A stretch of DNA of 63,181 nt, filler included, from Octopus bimaculoides (lineage: Eukaryota): the NCBI RefSeq assembly GCF_001194135.2. It is 3 parts of 3 records of this genome, joined end to end, with 100 filler letters (N's around TTAATTAATTAA, not from the genome) between each part and the next. Parts side by side here need not be neighbours in the genome. Positions count along the whole stretch, not along the records: positions 37,980 to 63,181 come from NC_068992.1; 2 more parts are not named here. One strand, given 5' to 3'. Positions within the stretch are counted from its first letter, which is position 1, and the number at the start of each line of letters is the position of its first letter. Below, piece after piece: positions 50,783 to 63,180 of the stretch. A program made the translations under genes and the position numbers. The notes under the pieces were generated by a model. That model did not search any database and was not told the DNA's origin. It worked only from the letters and a program-made list of their open reading frames with translations.

Positions 50783-52433
50783 CGTATATATATATATATA
50801 NNNNNNNNNNNNNNNNNNNNNNNNNNNNNNNNNNNNNNNNNNNNNNNNNNNNNNNNNNNNNNNNNNNNNNNNNNNNNNNNNNNNNNNNNNNNNNNNNNNN
50901 NNNNNNNNNNNNNNNNNNNNNNNNNNNNNNNNNNNNNNNNNNNNNNNNNNNNNNNNNNNNNNNNNNNNNNNNNNNNNNNNNNNNNNNNNNNNNNNNNNNN
51001 NNNNNNNNNNNNNNNNNNNNNNNNNNNNNNNNNNNNNNNNNNNNNNNNNNNNNNNNNNNNNNNNNNNNNNNNNNNNNNNNNNNNNNNNNNNNNNNNNNNN
51101 NNNNNNNNNNNNNNNNNNNNNNNNNNNNNNNNNNNNNNNNNNNNNNNNNNNNNNNNNNNNNNNNNNNNNNNNNNNNNNNNNNNNNNNNNNNNNNNNNNNN
51201 NNNNNNNNNNNNNNNNNNNNNNNNNNNNNNNNNNNNNNNNNNNNNNNNNNNNNNNNNNNNNNNNNNNNNNNNNNNNNNNNNNNNNNNNNNNNNNNNNNNN
51301 NNNNNNNNNNNNNNNNNNNNNNNNNNNNNNNNNNNNNNNNNNNNNNNNNNNNNNNNNNNNNNNNTATATATATATATATATATATATATGCACGTATATA
51401 TATATATGGAAAGTGAGAGTGAGAGAGGGAGATAGATAGATACGTAAAGTGTATATTTGTATGAAGATGTACAGATAGTGACAAGTGAATAACCCGCATT
51501 TTATTCCATGGATATTCGCTATGGTATTAGTCTGGAACCAACGTTGCCTACGAATGTTACCGATTCTTCTTTTCTTTCCTAATGATCTTATCTTTGGACT
51601 GTTGCGTGACATTCCTATAGAATCGTTGTCAATCTTTAGAATAGTGTGTCTTTTTTGTTGCGCCTTATATGTAGGAAATATAGCTCTAGCTGGTTGAGAT
51701 CCCTGTCTAATGTCTTCTGATGTGTGACATATATATTTTTAAACACAAAACCTTCTTTCCCTATGAGAAGCGTTGTTTGAAGTACATTAGATCAAGTATG
51801 TTTACTTTATATTTCGTAGTAAATATTTTGTCTTTCTATTTTTTCTTCTTGGGTAGATTGAGGATTTAGCAATTTTTGGACGGTAACGATAACGTTGCGT
51901 TATCTCTTCTAGGCCGAGTGGTCTAAGAAATGGGGGAACAAAATCCCTCCAACGGACTCGCGTGTCCGATTCGCAACCTAATACCTAAACCAAAATTCGG
52001 TGTTTGACGGACTGAAGTTGTCGTATATGCTGCTAAATATCCTTAGGCCAGCAATAAAGAGACGCGCTGATGCGCTTGGAAAAGGATTCTTGCGAAGAAC
52101 AGTAGGTCGATATATTTATGTCATATTTAGTTATGTTAACTAGATATCATGATTTTGAATTTACCCCCAACCCATGCTTGATTCTTGTCAGTCAAGTTTA
52201 CTCGTAACAAACTCTTATATATCACTTCAACTAATGCCTGTGTTTGTTTCATTGCGCATACCGCACTGAGAAAAACGAATTAAGTGAATACATTTTTTTA
52301 AATAAAAATAGATAAAAAAAAAAACATTAATACTCATGAGAGATATTAATGGTTGTAGACTTTGCGGCCTCTGAGTGTTTTGACACCTATTTTTAGCGAA
52401 GCAGGTGTTTATTTTAAAAAAGCGTCCTTGTTT

Positions 52434-52464
<31 letters not shown>

Positions 52465-52633
52465 AGCCGGCAACTGATGAAGGGTCCTGTTTTCCATTCT
52501 TCTCGTTGTTTATGTATTTCATGTTTTTTGAAGCATTGCTGACGTCCTGTACCTATATACGCATGTATATATATATATATATATATGAATAATAATAATA
52601 AATGGAGAAAAACGCATATAAATAAAAATTCCT

Positions 52634-52728
52634 TTAATTCCTACATATGTTTCAAAATATATGTGCAAACTACACCAAAGAAGTAAGAGCTGCTAGAATT
52701 GCACATATATTCATCGTCAGGGAACCAA
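52634..52728 (-). ncRNA. Type I hammerhead ribozyme motif with intact core (Penelope/retrozyme-like)
   Basis: Minus strand reads UUGGUUCC-CUGACGA-U-GAAUAUAUGUGCAA-(30 nt loop)-UUGCACAUAUAUUU-U-GAAA-CAUAUG-UA/GGAAUUAA: 8-bp stem I (2 G-U), 14-bp stem II, palindromic ACAUAUGU stem III, GUA cleavage triplet. Confidence 0.75.
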
Positions 52729-53750
52729 CATATAGAAGCAAGATACATGTGAAATGACTATCATTTTTGCTGTCATATATTGTCATATTGTACTCATCAG
52801 TGGATTATAATTAACAATAAGACATTTTGAATTTATTACCTTGAGTTTGTTCTTTTTGTTATCATTATATTAATATTTACTTCTTTAAATTCACAAAATG
52901 CAATTGAAAACTAAGACGTTTTTATTTCTAAATTGTGTGATTCTTTACTATAAACTCCCTCCCTGACATATCTAAATAAACATCTCCCTCCTTTATCCTT
53001 AACTTACGGATTAAAAAATGCATGCGCATGTACATCTAGAGACACCAAATAAGGATCTATACATTATTTCAAAGTCACAATTTATTTTCTAACTGTCATC
53101 TATCATAACACTTACATTTTAAAATGTCTTTAGTTAGAAAACAACAAAATATGAAAAATCTAGTTTTATTCAGTTCTTTATATGTAATAAATGATTCGCA
53201 GTACTATTATTAAATTACAAAAGTTATCTTAAAATTTTGATATATTTATATTGTAGCTTGATATATTTATATTAAAATATGAACAATATACTTACAATGC
53301 TTATGTAAATACATAAATATATATTAATATATTTTTTTTATTGATTCTGAGCGAATTTTTACGCAAGGGCATATTACTTTCGTAATTGACAAAAAAAAAA
53401 CAAAACAAATATACGTATTTACGTTTTCGTTATTCTACATACTTGAGTAAAATTTAAATTAAATAAAATTAAGTATTTTATCGATACATTTTTGTTATAT
53501 TAATAGGCCAGTAATTCTTATGACTTTATAAAAATATAATGTTAGAGATTATATAATCCGTTATATTCCATTTTCTTATACAATATAGAGGAGATAACAT
53601 TTAATATCTATATTCTTATTGGAGGTTTTGTTATATCATAGTTCTAAATACGACACTTAAATATCTATAACAATTTAAATAACGATACTAGTTTAATCGA
53701 TATATACATATGTATATACATACATACAAACATATACACCCTCACATACT

Positions 53751-53790
<40 letters not shown>

Positions 53791-54005
53791 NNNNNNNNNN
53801 NNNNNNNNNNNNNNNNNNNNNNNNNNNNNNNNNNNNNNNNNNNNNNNNNNNNNNNNNNNNNNNNNNNNNNNNNNNNNNNNNNNNNNNNNNNNNNNNNNNN
53901 NNNNNNNNNNNNNNNNNNNNNNNNNNNNNNNNNNNNNNNNNNNNNNNNNNNNNNNNNNNNNNNNNNNNNNNNNNNNNATATATATATTTATATATATATA
54001 TATAC

Positions 54006-54062
<57 letters not shown>

Positions 54063-54136
54063 CGCATGCTCATACCCACATATTTGTTCACATATATTTA
54101 TAAAGATACTGCTATAAGGAGTTAAGTATTCCGTCT

Positions 54137-54184
<48 letters not shown>

Positions 54185-55029
54185 GATATTACGTATGATT
54201 TATATTACCATAATAAACATGTGTACACCTACATGTAACAAATATACACACACATATATACATCTATCTCAATATGGTTTATAATTCTATTACGCGAGGG
54301 CGTTTATACATCCATATTCCTTAACGGTTATTTTTAATACTAATTAATTTTAATTTGAATACTAATTCTTGCTCTACTGCGTGTTCGTTTCATTTTTACA
54401 TCTGTTAATTTATTCTACGAAATAAGAAGATATAATGCGGAACTTATTTTAACGAGTTGTATATAATTATCATTTGATGAGCCACATCTGCACCACCGGA
54501 TACTCCTGAACCGGTTGTTAAGTGTCCCGTCCGTGAGGGATCGATGCTAGATGAGTTGAAACAATATTCGTCATTAATAAAAATTGGTCGTATACTCCAT
54601 CTTCTGTATTTCATTTACCATATATCCGTGTGCGTGCGCGCGCTTGTGTGTTAGTTGAAGAAACGGAGATGAGGGAAATTCTGTAAACAATAATAATTAC
54701 TAGCCTTAAGCTTATAAGTGCTCACCGTATGTTGAGTATTGGTGTATATAGACGGATATGTATACACTTGAATCTATGTATATATATTATTAACTAAATG
54801 TGTACGCGTTAATATTTGCATAACTGAGAGGAAGATACACAAAAGAAGCACAAAATGGATGATTATGAAAACCGTACCGTATTATTTTTTCCGTCTGAAG
54901 TATATAGAATATCACATTGTGATTAGTTTTCCCTAGAACTTTTCAAAAATCATGTTGGTCGATGCGTCGGAAACCTACAATCAAATAAGTCCCTCTGCTT
55001 TAAATATTATAAAAGATGGAAATATGTGT

Positions 55030-55085
<56 letters not shown>

Positions 55086-55174
55086 TTGCGCGTGTATATG
55101 TATATATATGTGTGTGTGTGTGTATGTGTATGTGTGTGTGTAATTATATATAGAGAGAGAAAAAGAGAAATAGA

Positions 55175-55572
55175 GAGGCGCAGGCATAGGTGTGTGATAA
55201 GAAGCTTGTTCCCGGTTGTTCTCGGTTCAGTCCCATTGCGTGGAAACTTTGGCAAGTGTTTTTTTTTTACTATAGCCTCGGACCAAGACTGAAAGAGTCC
55301 CGTCGTACGTATATGCGTGCGTGCGTGTGTGTATGTGTGTCTGTGTGGGTGTCTGTGTGTCTTTATGTGTGTGTTTTTTCCACCGCCATCGCTTAACAAC
55401 CAATGTTGGTTTGTTTACGTCCCCGTAATTTAGCGGTTCGGCCAAATAGATCGATAAAATAATTACTAATCTTACAAAGAATAAGTCCTTGCGACGATTT
55501 CTTCGACGAAAAGGTTGTGCCCCAGCATAGCCGTACTCAAATGACTGAAGCAATTAAAAGAATAAAAGAATA
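55175..55572 (+). mobile_element. SINE family B, full length
   Basis: Head, core and tail; CpGs retained. Confidence 0.8.
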
Positions 55573-55594
55573 AAAAATACCAAAGGAAATAATA

Positions 55595-55985
55595 AATTAT
55601 CCGCACTTTCGCCATAACGTATCTTTATTTTTATCACATTGACTTCTGCGCATGCGCGCTTATAGTTGGTACTATCATGATCACATGATCATAGTTTTAG
55701 CCTGATCGTGCCGTTTATCTTTCTGGCTATACAGCATGGGCATAGTAGCTCCACTAACAGTGTGCACCAAAGAAGAACAAAGAGCAGTGATCCGAGACAC
55801 AGCAATGATAAACCGGTTCACCATTACCATCTCTCGAGCTTTCTGAATCTTCTCGTCTGTAGTGGAGGTTGAGCGATGACCTGCTCCTTCTTTGTGCGTC
55901 ATGCTTGTCCAGCGAATTTTAAACCTCTCGATGCACCCATACACACTTCTAGACGGTAGATGCACCTTCTGCTGTAGAGTACATT
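55595..55985. mobile_element. Mariner relic with internal inversion
   Basis: Plus strand MGIVAPLTVCTKEEQRAVIR (N-terminus), then minus strand LPSRSVYGCIERFK...THKEGAGHRSTSTTDEKIQKAREMV (the region that normally follows, HTH). Confidence 0.7.
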
Positions 55986-56138
55986 TCTAGTTCTGTGGTT
56001 AATGCCACGGTTAATCTTAATTATCAAGCAGTTTCCATTGGTGCATGTGACATTTTCAAAGGGGTACGCACTACAAATGGACACGTCTCATAGTGTCACG
56101 CCCTTTGGAAGTACCATGTTTAAGAATATATGTATGTA

Positions 56139-57395
56139 CAGGGTGCGGTGAATATATTATCGCCGAAATTACGCAAGACTAAAATAACACCGACATCTCA
56201 TTTTAACATAAATTTTACTAAAATTATATGAAAATATCTTAAAATACAAAAGAGTAAATTTATTCAATAAATTCGTCATTGACTTGAACCACTGACTCCA
56301 GACGACTTCGGAATTTCGTGCAACTCTTCAGGACGGTCTCATTGTTTAAGTGGGTGAATGCTGTCATAATCCTTACAATTCATCTTTGGTGTTGCAGCAA
56401 GTTTTCTTGGTCTCTCACTCAACTGCGCCCTACACATAATAATCAAGAGGTTTGCAGTTTCGGGAGTTAGGTGGCCAGAATTAGGGGTGACGTGGTCTCA
56501 GAATTTGTCTGACAGCAATGTCTGGATTCTCCTGCTTTTGTGGCATGGCGCAGAGTCTTGTTGCAGCCGCCTTACAGCAGCTGCTTTCTTGATCCAGGTC
56601 AGCATTACTCTTCTAGGTACCTGATGTAGGCCTCTGTGCTGAGTGGAGGCCATATGGAAAGTTAAATGGAGGCACTAGTGATCACTCGAAACACCATGAC
56701 GTTGACTGGATGTTTGATTTTTATCACTCTCGGTACATGTTTTGAGGACACAGGAAGCCAACGATTGTTTTGTGTGTTCACCATCTGACCCTGGCAGAAA
56801 TTTTTTTTATTGTTTGACAAAAACCAATGCATGATCCGTTGGATGGGACGCTTGAGTTTCCTCAAAAGCTGAGTGGCTTGGTTTTCCCCTTTGTCCTTGA
56901 TGGCTTCCGATAATACTAGGCTCTTTCTCCTCTTGTATGAGAAATACCAAATGTCTTCCTACATATCTGCCTGATAAGAAACTCTGTAATTCTCATGTCA
57001 CTGGCGGTAGACCTGATTGACTTGGAGGGGTCGTTGTCAATCATGGCGTGGATCTCACCAAGAAATTCAAGAGCTCATTTCTTAGGAGAACAACCAGAGT
57101 GAAACTTCCGAGCTGCCGTACCTTCTTAATCACAATTAGATTCATCCAACTTTTTTCCGAATCCTTTGTACTGTCCTCAGATTGCTACCCAAACAACACT
57201 GTGAAATGTTCGTACTGGACCTTCCGGCGAGAGTACCAAGCACTACAGCATATCTTTTCCAAATTTCTGGCAGAGTGAATTGAGTCATGGTGCTGTTTTT
57301 CTCACAGACGCTTCCCAAATGACCCAACTATAGGGTGTAGTCAAACAAAATCAAAGACAAACTATAACATAGGGACAATTTGCCGTCGCACACTG
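56139..57395 (-). mobile_element. Near full-length defective Tc1/mariner element (maT/DD37D-like), 1257 bp
   Basis: TA flanks; imperfect TIRs cagggtgcggtg... and ...cgtcgcacactg. Broken transposase on the minus strand: KNFCQGQMVNTQNNRWL, PRVIKIKHPVNVMVF, QQDSAPCHKSRR, DHVTPN, CCNTKDEL, KFRSRLESVV. Confidence 0.85.
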
Positions 57396-57544
57396 TATAT
57401 GTATCGTAAGTATAAGTTCATACATGAAATTTCTACTTAATTCGTTATGACAGTTATGCAACTAAATGCAACACTTAAACTTGGAAAATTACTTCATTGA
57501 ACGTCAGCATTATTGCAAACATCGCCATTTTATTTTCCTTTATA

Positions 57545-57630
57545 GTTAACAATATAACTCCCATCAAGAAAGAGAAAGACATCGACACCAACAAGATTTC
57601 TACCTACCACGAAATGTTATGCATTTGCTA
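57545..57630 (+). mobile_element. Possible CR1/L2/Jockey-type RT fragment
   Basis: NITPIKKEKDIDTNKISTYHEMLCI loosely fits the ITPIxKxxD...NYRPISLL pre-RT motif. Confidence 0.25.
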
Positions 57631-59170
57631 CCCTCCATCATTCCCTGGTTTGCGTGTAATGATCTGCACTTAAACATTATACCAGCCCAGCATGACTTCG
57701 CATCTGTACCCGGTGAATTCCTTTATTTAAATACCATGATTAGATTACGTGCAGCATGCGAATAATAATGTGGTAATACACACATACATACATATACATA
57801 TGTGTGTGTGTGTGTGTGTGCATATATGTTTGTGTGGGTGTGTGTCTCTGTGTGTATGTATATATGTATATATATATATACATATATTGATATATGTCTA
57901 TGGTTATATATGTATATGTATATACATATATGTGTACACACATAATATAATACACACACATATCTATAGATATAAATCTATATATATGCACTTATGTCTC
58001 AGCACACACATATATGATATGAACTTATGTATATATATATGCATACATACATGTGAATGCATGTACGTAGGTACGAACAGACGTACGTATGCATGTATGA
58101 TTGCATTTATGCATGTATGTTTGTAAGTATGCATATTCGTATGTATGTATCATTGTAAACATATGTATTACCATGTATGAGTGTATCTATGTATGCATAC
58201 ATGCATGTATGCATGTATGTATGTATGTATGTATGTATGTATGTATGTATAAATGTGTGTGCGTATTATGTATGTGTACCTTTCTCCCTGGGTGCAAATC
58301 GTTTATTCTCATACCGTCTACATGTTTCAGTCACTGGATTGCGTCTATACAGGACGATCGCCTTCAAGAGTATATTCGACGCCACGCCATTATTTATTTG
58401 ATGCCTGGCAATAATACCATCGGTGTCTTGTTGCAGAGCTATTGTGTTAAGGAGGCAGAAATAAATAAACCTTCTATTGGAACAAGGAAAGACGCATATA
58501 TATNNNNNNNNNNNNNNNNNNNNNNNNNNNNNNNNNNNNNNNNNNNNNNNNNNNNNNNNNNNNNNNNNNNNNNNNNNNNNNNNNNNNNNNNNNNNNNNNN
58601 NNNNNNNNNNNNNNNNNNNNNNNNNNNNNNNNNNNNNNNNNNNNNNNNNNNNNNNNNNNNNNNNNNNNNNNNNNNNNNNNNNNNNNNNNNNNNNNNNNNN
58701 NNNNNNNNNNNNNNNNNNNNNNNNNNNNNNNNNNNNNNNNNNNNNNNNNNNNNNNNNNNNNNNNNNNNNNNNNNNNNNNNNNNNNNNNNNNNNNNNNNNN
58801 NNNNNNNNNNNNNNNNNNNNNNNNNNNNNNNNNNNNNNNNNNNNNNNNNNNNNNNNNNNNNNNNNNNNNNNNNNNNNNNNNNNNNNNNNNNNNNNNNNNN
58901 NNNNNNNNNNNNNNNNNNNNNNNNNNNNNNNNNNNNNNNNNNNNNNNNNNNNNNNNNNNNNNNNNNNNNNNNNNNNNNNNNNNNNNNNNNNNNNNNNNNN
59001 NNNNNNNNNNNNNNNNNNNNNNNNNNNNNNNNNNNNNNNNNNNNNNNNNNNNNNNNNNNNNNNNNNNNNNNNNNNNNNNNNNNNNNNNNNNNNNNNNNNN
59101 NNNNNNNNNNNNNNNNNNNNNNNNNNNNNNNNNNNNNNNNNNNNNNNNNNNNNNNNNNNNNNNNNNNNNN

Positions 59171-59202
<32 letters not shown>

Positions 59203-59329
59203 TCATCTCCTTATTCGCTTTGAACAAATGTGTTCGTATGTGTATGTGTGGGTGTGTGTGCGTGTACGAAAAATCGTTGACTACTTTGCAACAGCATCAA
59301 GAAAAAGATGAAAATAATAAAAACAAATA

Positions 59330-59545
59330 AGGCGGCGCGCTAGCAGAATGGTTTGCGCGCTAGCAGAATGGTTTGCGCGCCAACTTACTTATGAGCATTT
59401 CGTCCATCCGGTTTTTCTGAATTCAAATTCTGCCGTGGTGGAATTTGCACTTTATCGTTCCGGTGTTAGTAAATTACAACCAGTTAAACACTTTGGTTCA
59501 TGTAATCAACTTCCTAGTCTTAAATTTGCTGGACCTGCATCAGAA
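59330..59545 (+). mobile_element. SINE family A with tandem duplication of about 20 bp in the head
   Basis: gcgcgctagcagaatggttt occurs twice. Confidence 0.7.
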
Positions 59546-59619
59546 TAGGAGACGAATAGTAAGAACAAATAAGGCTTTGAGCAGACAGACTCGCTAGCAC
59601 ACCGGGCTTAGTAGTAATT

Positions 59620-60035
59620 TGTCTCAGGCCGTTCTGCAATCAGTCTTGCTCTATGGATATAGAGTATGGACCCGAACAGAAAATTGATCGCACTGATACA
59701 AGAATGCTGCAAACTGTTCTAGACATGTAGAGCCAAACCCTACGAAAGAACTTTTTGGCAGTTTACCACCAATATAACACGTCATCAGAGAAAGAAAAAC
59801 AAGATTCGCTGGGCATTTTTGGAAAGCAAAGAATGAGATTATCAGCAGCGTTCTTCTTTCGGAACCGAAGCATGGGTATGCAAATGTTCGCAGACCACAT
59901 CGAACCAATATAAAGCAACTATGCGATGATTCACAGAGCAACTGAGAAGTCTGTCACGGTCAATGGCGGACCGAACACCCTGGAGAGAACGACAAAAGGC
60001 GATACGTGCAATAAGTACGACCAAATGAGGACGCT
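59620..60035 (+). mobile_element. RTE/RTE-X LINE 3' relic
   Basis: VLLYGYRVWT, TRMLQTVL, PTKELFGSLPPI, IRERKTRFAGHFWKAKNEIISSVLLSEPKHG, SMADRTPWRER across frameshifts. Confidence 0.75.
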
Positions 60036-60329
60036 TCCTTTATATATGTATGGATATATATATATGTGTGTATATTATGTATGACTATTATCACATGTCT
60101 AAACGCAGACAAACACACACACACATAATATATACGGCAGGCTTCGATACAGTCTCCATCTAGTAAATTTACTCATAAGGTATTATAGGCACTAAACCCG
60201 AAACTTTACGGTTACAACGATAGAGCTTTGATAAAAGAAAAACTATGTCTGCGTGTATCAAATAATATATAAAATCTTTAAACTGCGAAGAGTCGCTGTG
60301 CAAAGGTCATTAACATTCCCATAGGTTTA

Positions 60330-60722
60330 GGCTTGTCTGTGTGGTAAGAAGTTTGCTTCGCAATTACACCCATCCGGGTTCAGTTCCATTACATTGCACC
60401 TTGAGCAAGTTTCTTCTACTATAACCTGAGGCCGACCAAATCCTTGTGAGTGGAGTGGGTAGACGGAAACTTAAAGAATCCTATCGTACATATGTATCTA
60501 CATATCTATGTGTGTGTATGTTTGTGTCTATGTTTGTCCCACACCATCGCTTGACAGCCGGTACTAGTCTATTTATGTCCTCGTAACATAGCAGTTCTGA
60601 AAAAGTAACTGATTGAATAAGTACCAGGTTTTAAAAACTTAAGTACTGGGGTCGATTCACTCGATTAAAAAGCGGTGCCCCAGCAAGGGCGCACTCTAAT
60701 GAGTGAAACAAGTAAAAGTTAA
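60330..60722 (+). mobile_element. SINE family B, full length
   Basis: Head, core and tail present. Confidence 0.8.
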
Positions 60723-61067
60723 ATGATAAAAGTTAGCCTCTATTTTTTCTTTATCCTCAACTTCTCCCTTTCTTCTTTTCCATCTACATCTCTTTCTCGT
60801 TTTCATCTATTTCCCTTACTCGTAAATATTTCTGTGGGCGAAAATAAATGCGATCCGGTTTATTAATTCTAATTCTTATTTTCTATCACCAGTAACATCT
60901 GTTCCATGCACGAACGAAGCCCAATAACTAAGAAGGCCAAACTATACAAACGACAAATGCATTTAGATGTCAGACAAAACTGCGAAGTCACTATAAATAA
61001 AATCATATCTGCTTCACATGGAGTCAGACCTTTGCACAGCGATTCTTCACAGTTCAAAGATTTTATA

Positions 61068-61106
<39 letters not shown>

Positions 61107-61649
61107 ACACGCACGCATACACACACACTTGCAATTATGTGTGCTTGAATATATACCTATATATAAATATATAATTATGTATTTGAATTCATAGCCTTGA
61201 ATAATTAAAAAGTTTTGTTGTTTGTTCTGCAGTTTGTCTCGTGGGAGCTGACCTGAATCGAATCGTACAGCATCATGGCACCACTTAATTAATTGCATCT
61301 CCACAAGCTCATGAACCAGATAGTAAGTATACATATTCCTAATTGCATTTTTCTGTTTTTTTTTTTATTTTTCATTAGTATTAGACTGTCGATTGGCAGT
61401 GTCGCAAGAACATTGGATAAATTCATTGTGGTATTCCTTCACGATCTCATTTCAAATAACACCGAAGTAACGTTACCTTTCATCCTACCAAGGTCGATAT
61501 AGTAATATACCTTACGCGTACTAAGACACATGTCACTCTTCTTCTCTGAGAACTGTCTGATCTCTGCCTAATTATTTTCATTGAGATGAATATGTCTGCT
61601 GGTACCAAACACCATCTGTAAAAATAAGGATAATAATAATAATGATAAT

Positions 61650-61802
61650 GACGTTTTCACATTTTGGCACAGGGCCAGCAACTTCAAGATGGGGTCCAGT
61701 GAGTTGAGTACATCGATCCCACAGATCTACTAGTGCAAATTTTATCGACCTAGATAGGATGAAAGGCAAAGTCGACATCTCTGGCGTGCTCACGATTCTG
61801 CC

Positions 61803-61805
<3 letters not shown>
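61650..61805 (-). mobile_element. SINE family A, internally deleted
   Basis: tttatcgacc...ggatgaaaggcaaagtcgac, cacgattctgcc. Confidence 0.7.
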
Positions 61806-61866
<61 letters not shown>

Positions 61867-61868
61867 TT

Positions 61869-61922
61869 GAGCTCAATGCTAAAAACAAGATAATAGATAT
61901 TAACACTTTAGCCGTCCCAGCC
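61869..61922 (+). mobile_element. Short R4/Dong-like non-LTR retrotransposon fragment abutting a (TAA)n tract
   Basis: ELNAKNKIIDINTLAVPA resembles the post-RT region of R4-clade ORFs; follows (AAT)n at about 61803-61864. Confidence 0.4.
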
Positions 61923-63128
61923 TTCCTTTTCTTAGTGGCTGTAGCAAAAGAGACTCTGTGGTAGACCCGCCTGAAAGGTTTGAGGGAAGGCTTCCATCAA
62001 TTGTTTACTTAAGTATTATTTCATGAGTAATGTGAGGGTTTGGAGGGATATACTGGCTTCTAGTGAACTTGTCAAAACGTGGACAAAAGTGGCAAGACTG
62101 GTGAACATGAATGATTATACACTGAGTAACTTTTTCTAACTCGAAGGATAGAAACTGAAAAATGGCACATCTCTGCTTTGGGGATGATAGTGTAATCCGT
62201 GATTTCCTGTGTGAGGTCAACATCTATTGTTTAGTTATTTTTATTTTCTATTTTTATGTCCCTTTGTTATATCCTTAATGTTGTAATGTTTCTCCAAGAT
62301 CGATGTAAACCGTTGTATCGGTGTATGTTGTATCTCTTCCTTTGATATTCTTGTGCATGCCTTGGGCCCTTCTGATTAGTAAAACAAAACATTATTATTA
62401 TTAATATTATTGTTATCGGTTAATATTATTAATATTATTATTTGTTAATATGATACTGTGTTACATGAGGGGAGTTAGTGGTTATTTCCAGGATGAGGAC
62501 AGTTGAGTCATTCAATTGGTATCAAATTTACACAACTGATTTTTGCCACGTCAGTACAAAATCACTTGATTTGGAATTTAATTCCATACTTACTTTCTAC
62601 ATAAGTGCTGGTATTAAAAACATATTTAATATATTCTATAAAATACTGTTTTCACAACATTCCTCAATAATCTCTATGAAATAACAAACGTCAAGGTAGT
62701 ATCCAGACATTTTCCTTCTTGAACATAATGTATTAGAGACCTCTCCAAATCATTCTGGGCGTGGTATATCATTCGTTTCTCGACGCCACAGCAACAACGA
62801 ATAATATGTTTGTATAGCTTCACGTTTCAAAATGAAGTTTCAATTATTCTCTTATTTAGGCGTTTCTGAGTAATTTTTCTTAGTATTTTGACGTTTTCCT
62901 GTTTTAGTGAAAGCATATTTCGCAGAAAATATGGGAATGAAAAGAGAAATTAAAGGAATACTCTTTCCTGTTATACCATGACTATGGATGTCTTTATGTG
63001 CTTATGTATCTCTCTGTGTGTCTATGTGCATTTATGAAAGAATATGCGTGTGCGCAGGTGCGTGTGTGTATGTATATACATATACATATATATAAATATG
63101 TATATATATATATATGTATGTATATATG

Positions 63129-63180
<52 letters not shown>

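Noticed and set aside
54475-54560. Small GC-rich patch
   Set aside because: No recognisable ORF, RNA fold or second copy; nothing to support a call.
15512-59330. Long ORFs containing X runs, and YIYI/THTH/CVCV ORFs throughout
   Set aside because: Artefacts of N gaps and dinucleotide or tetranucleotide repeats.
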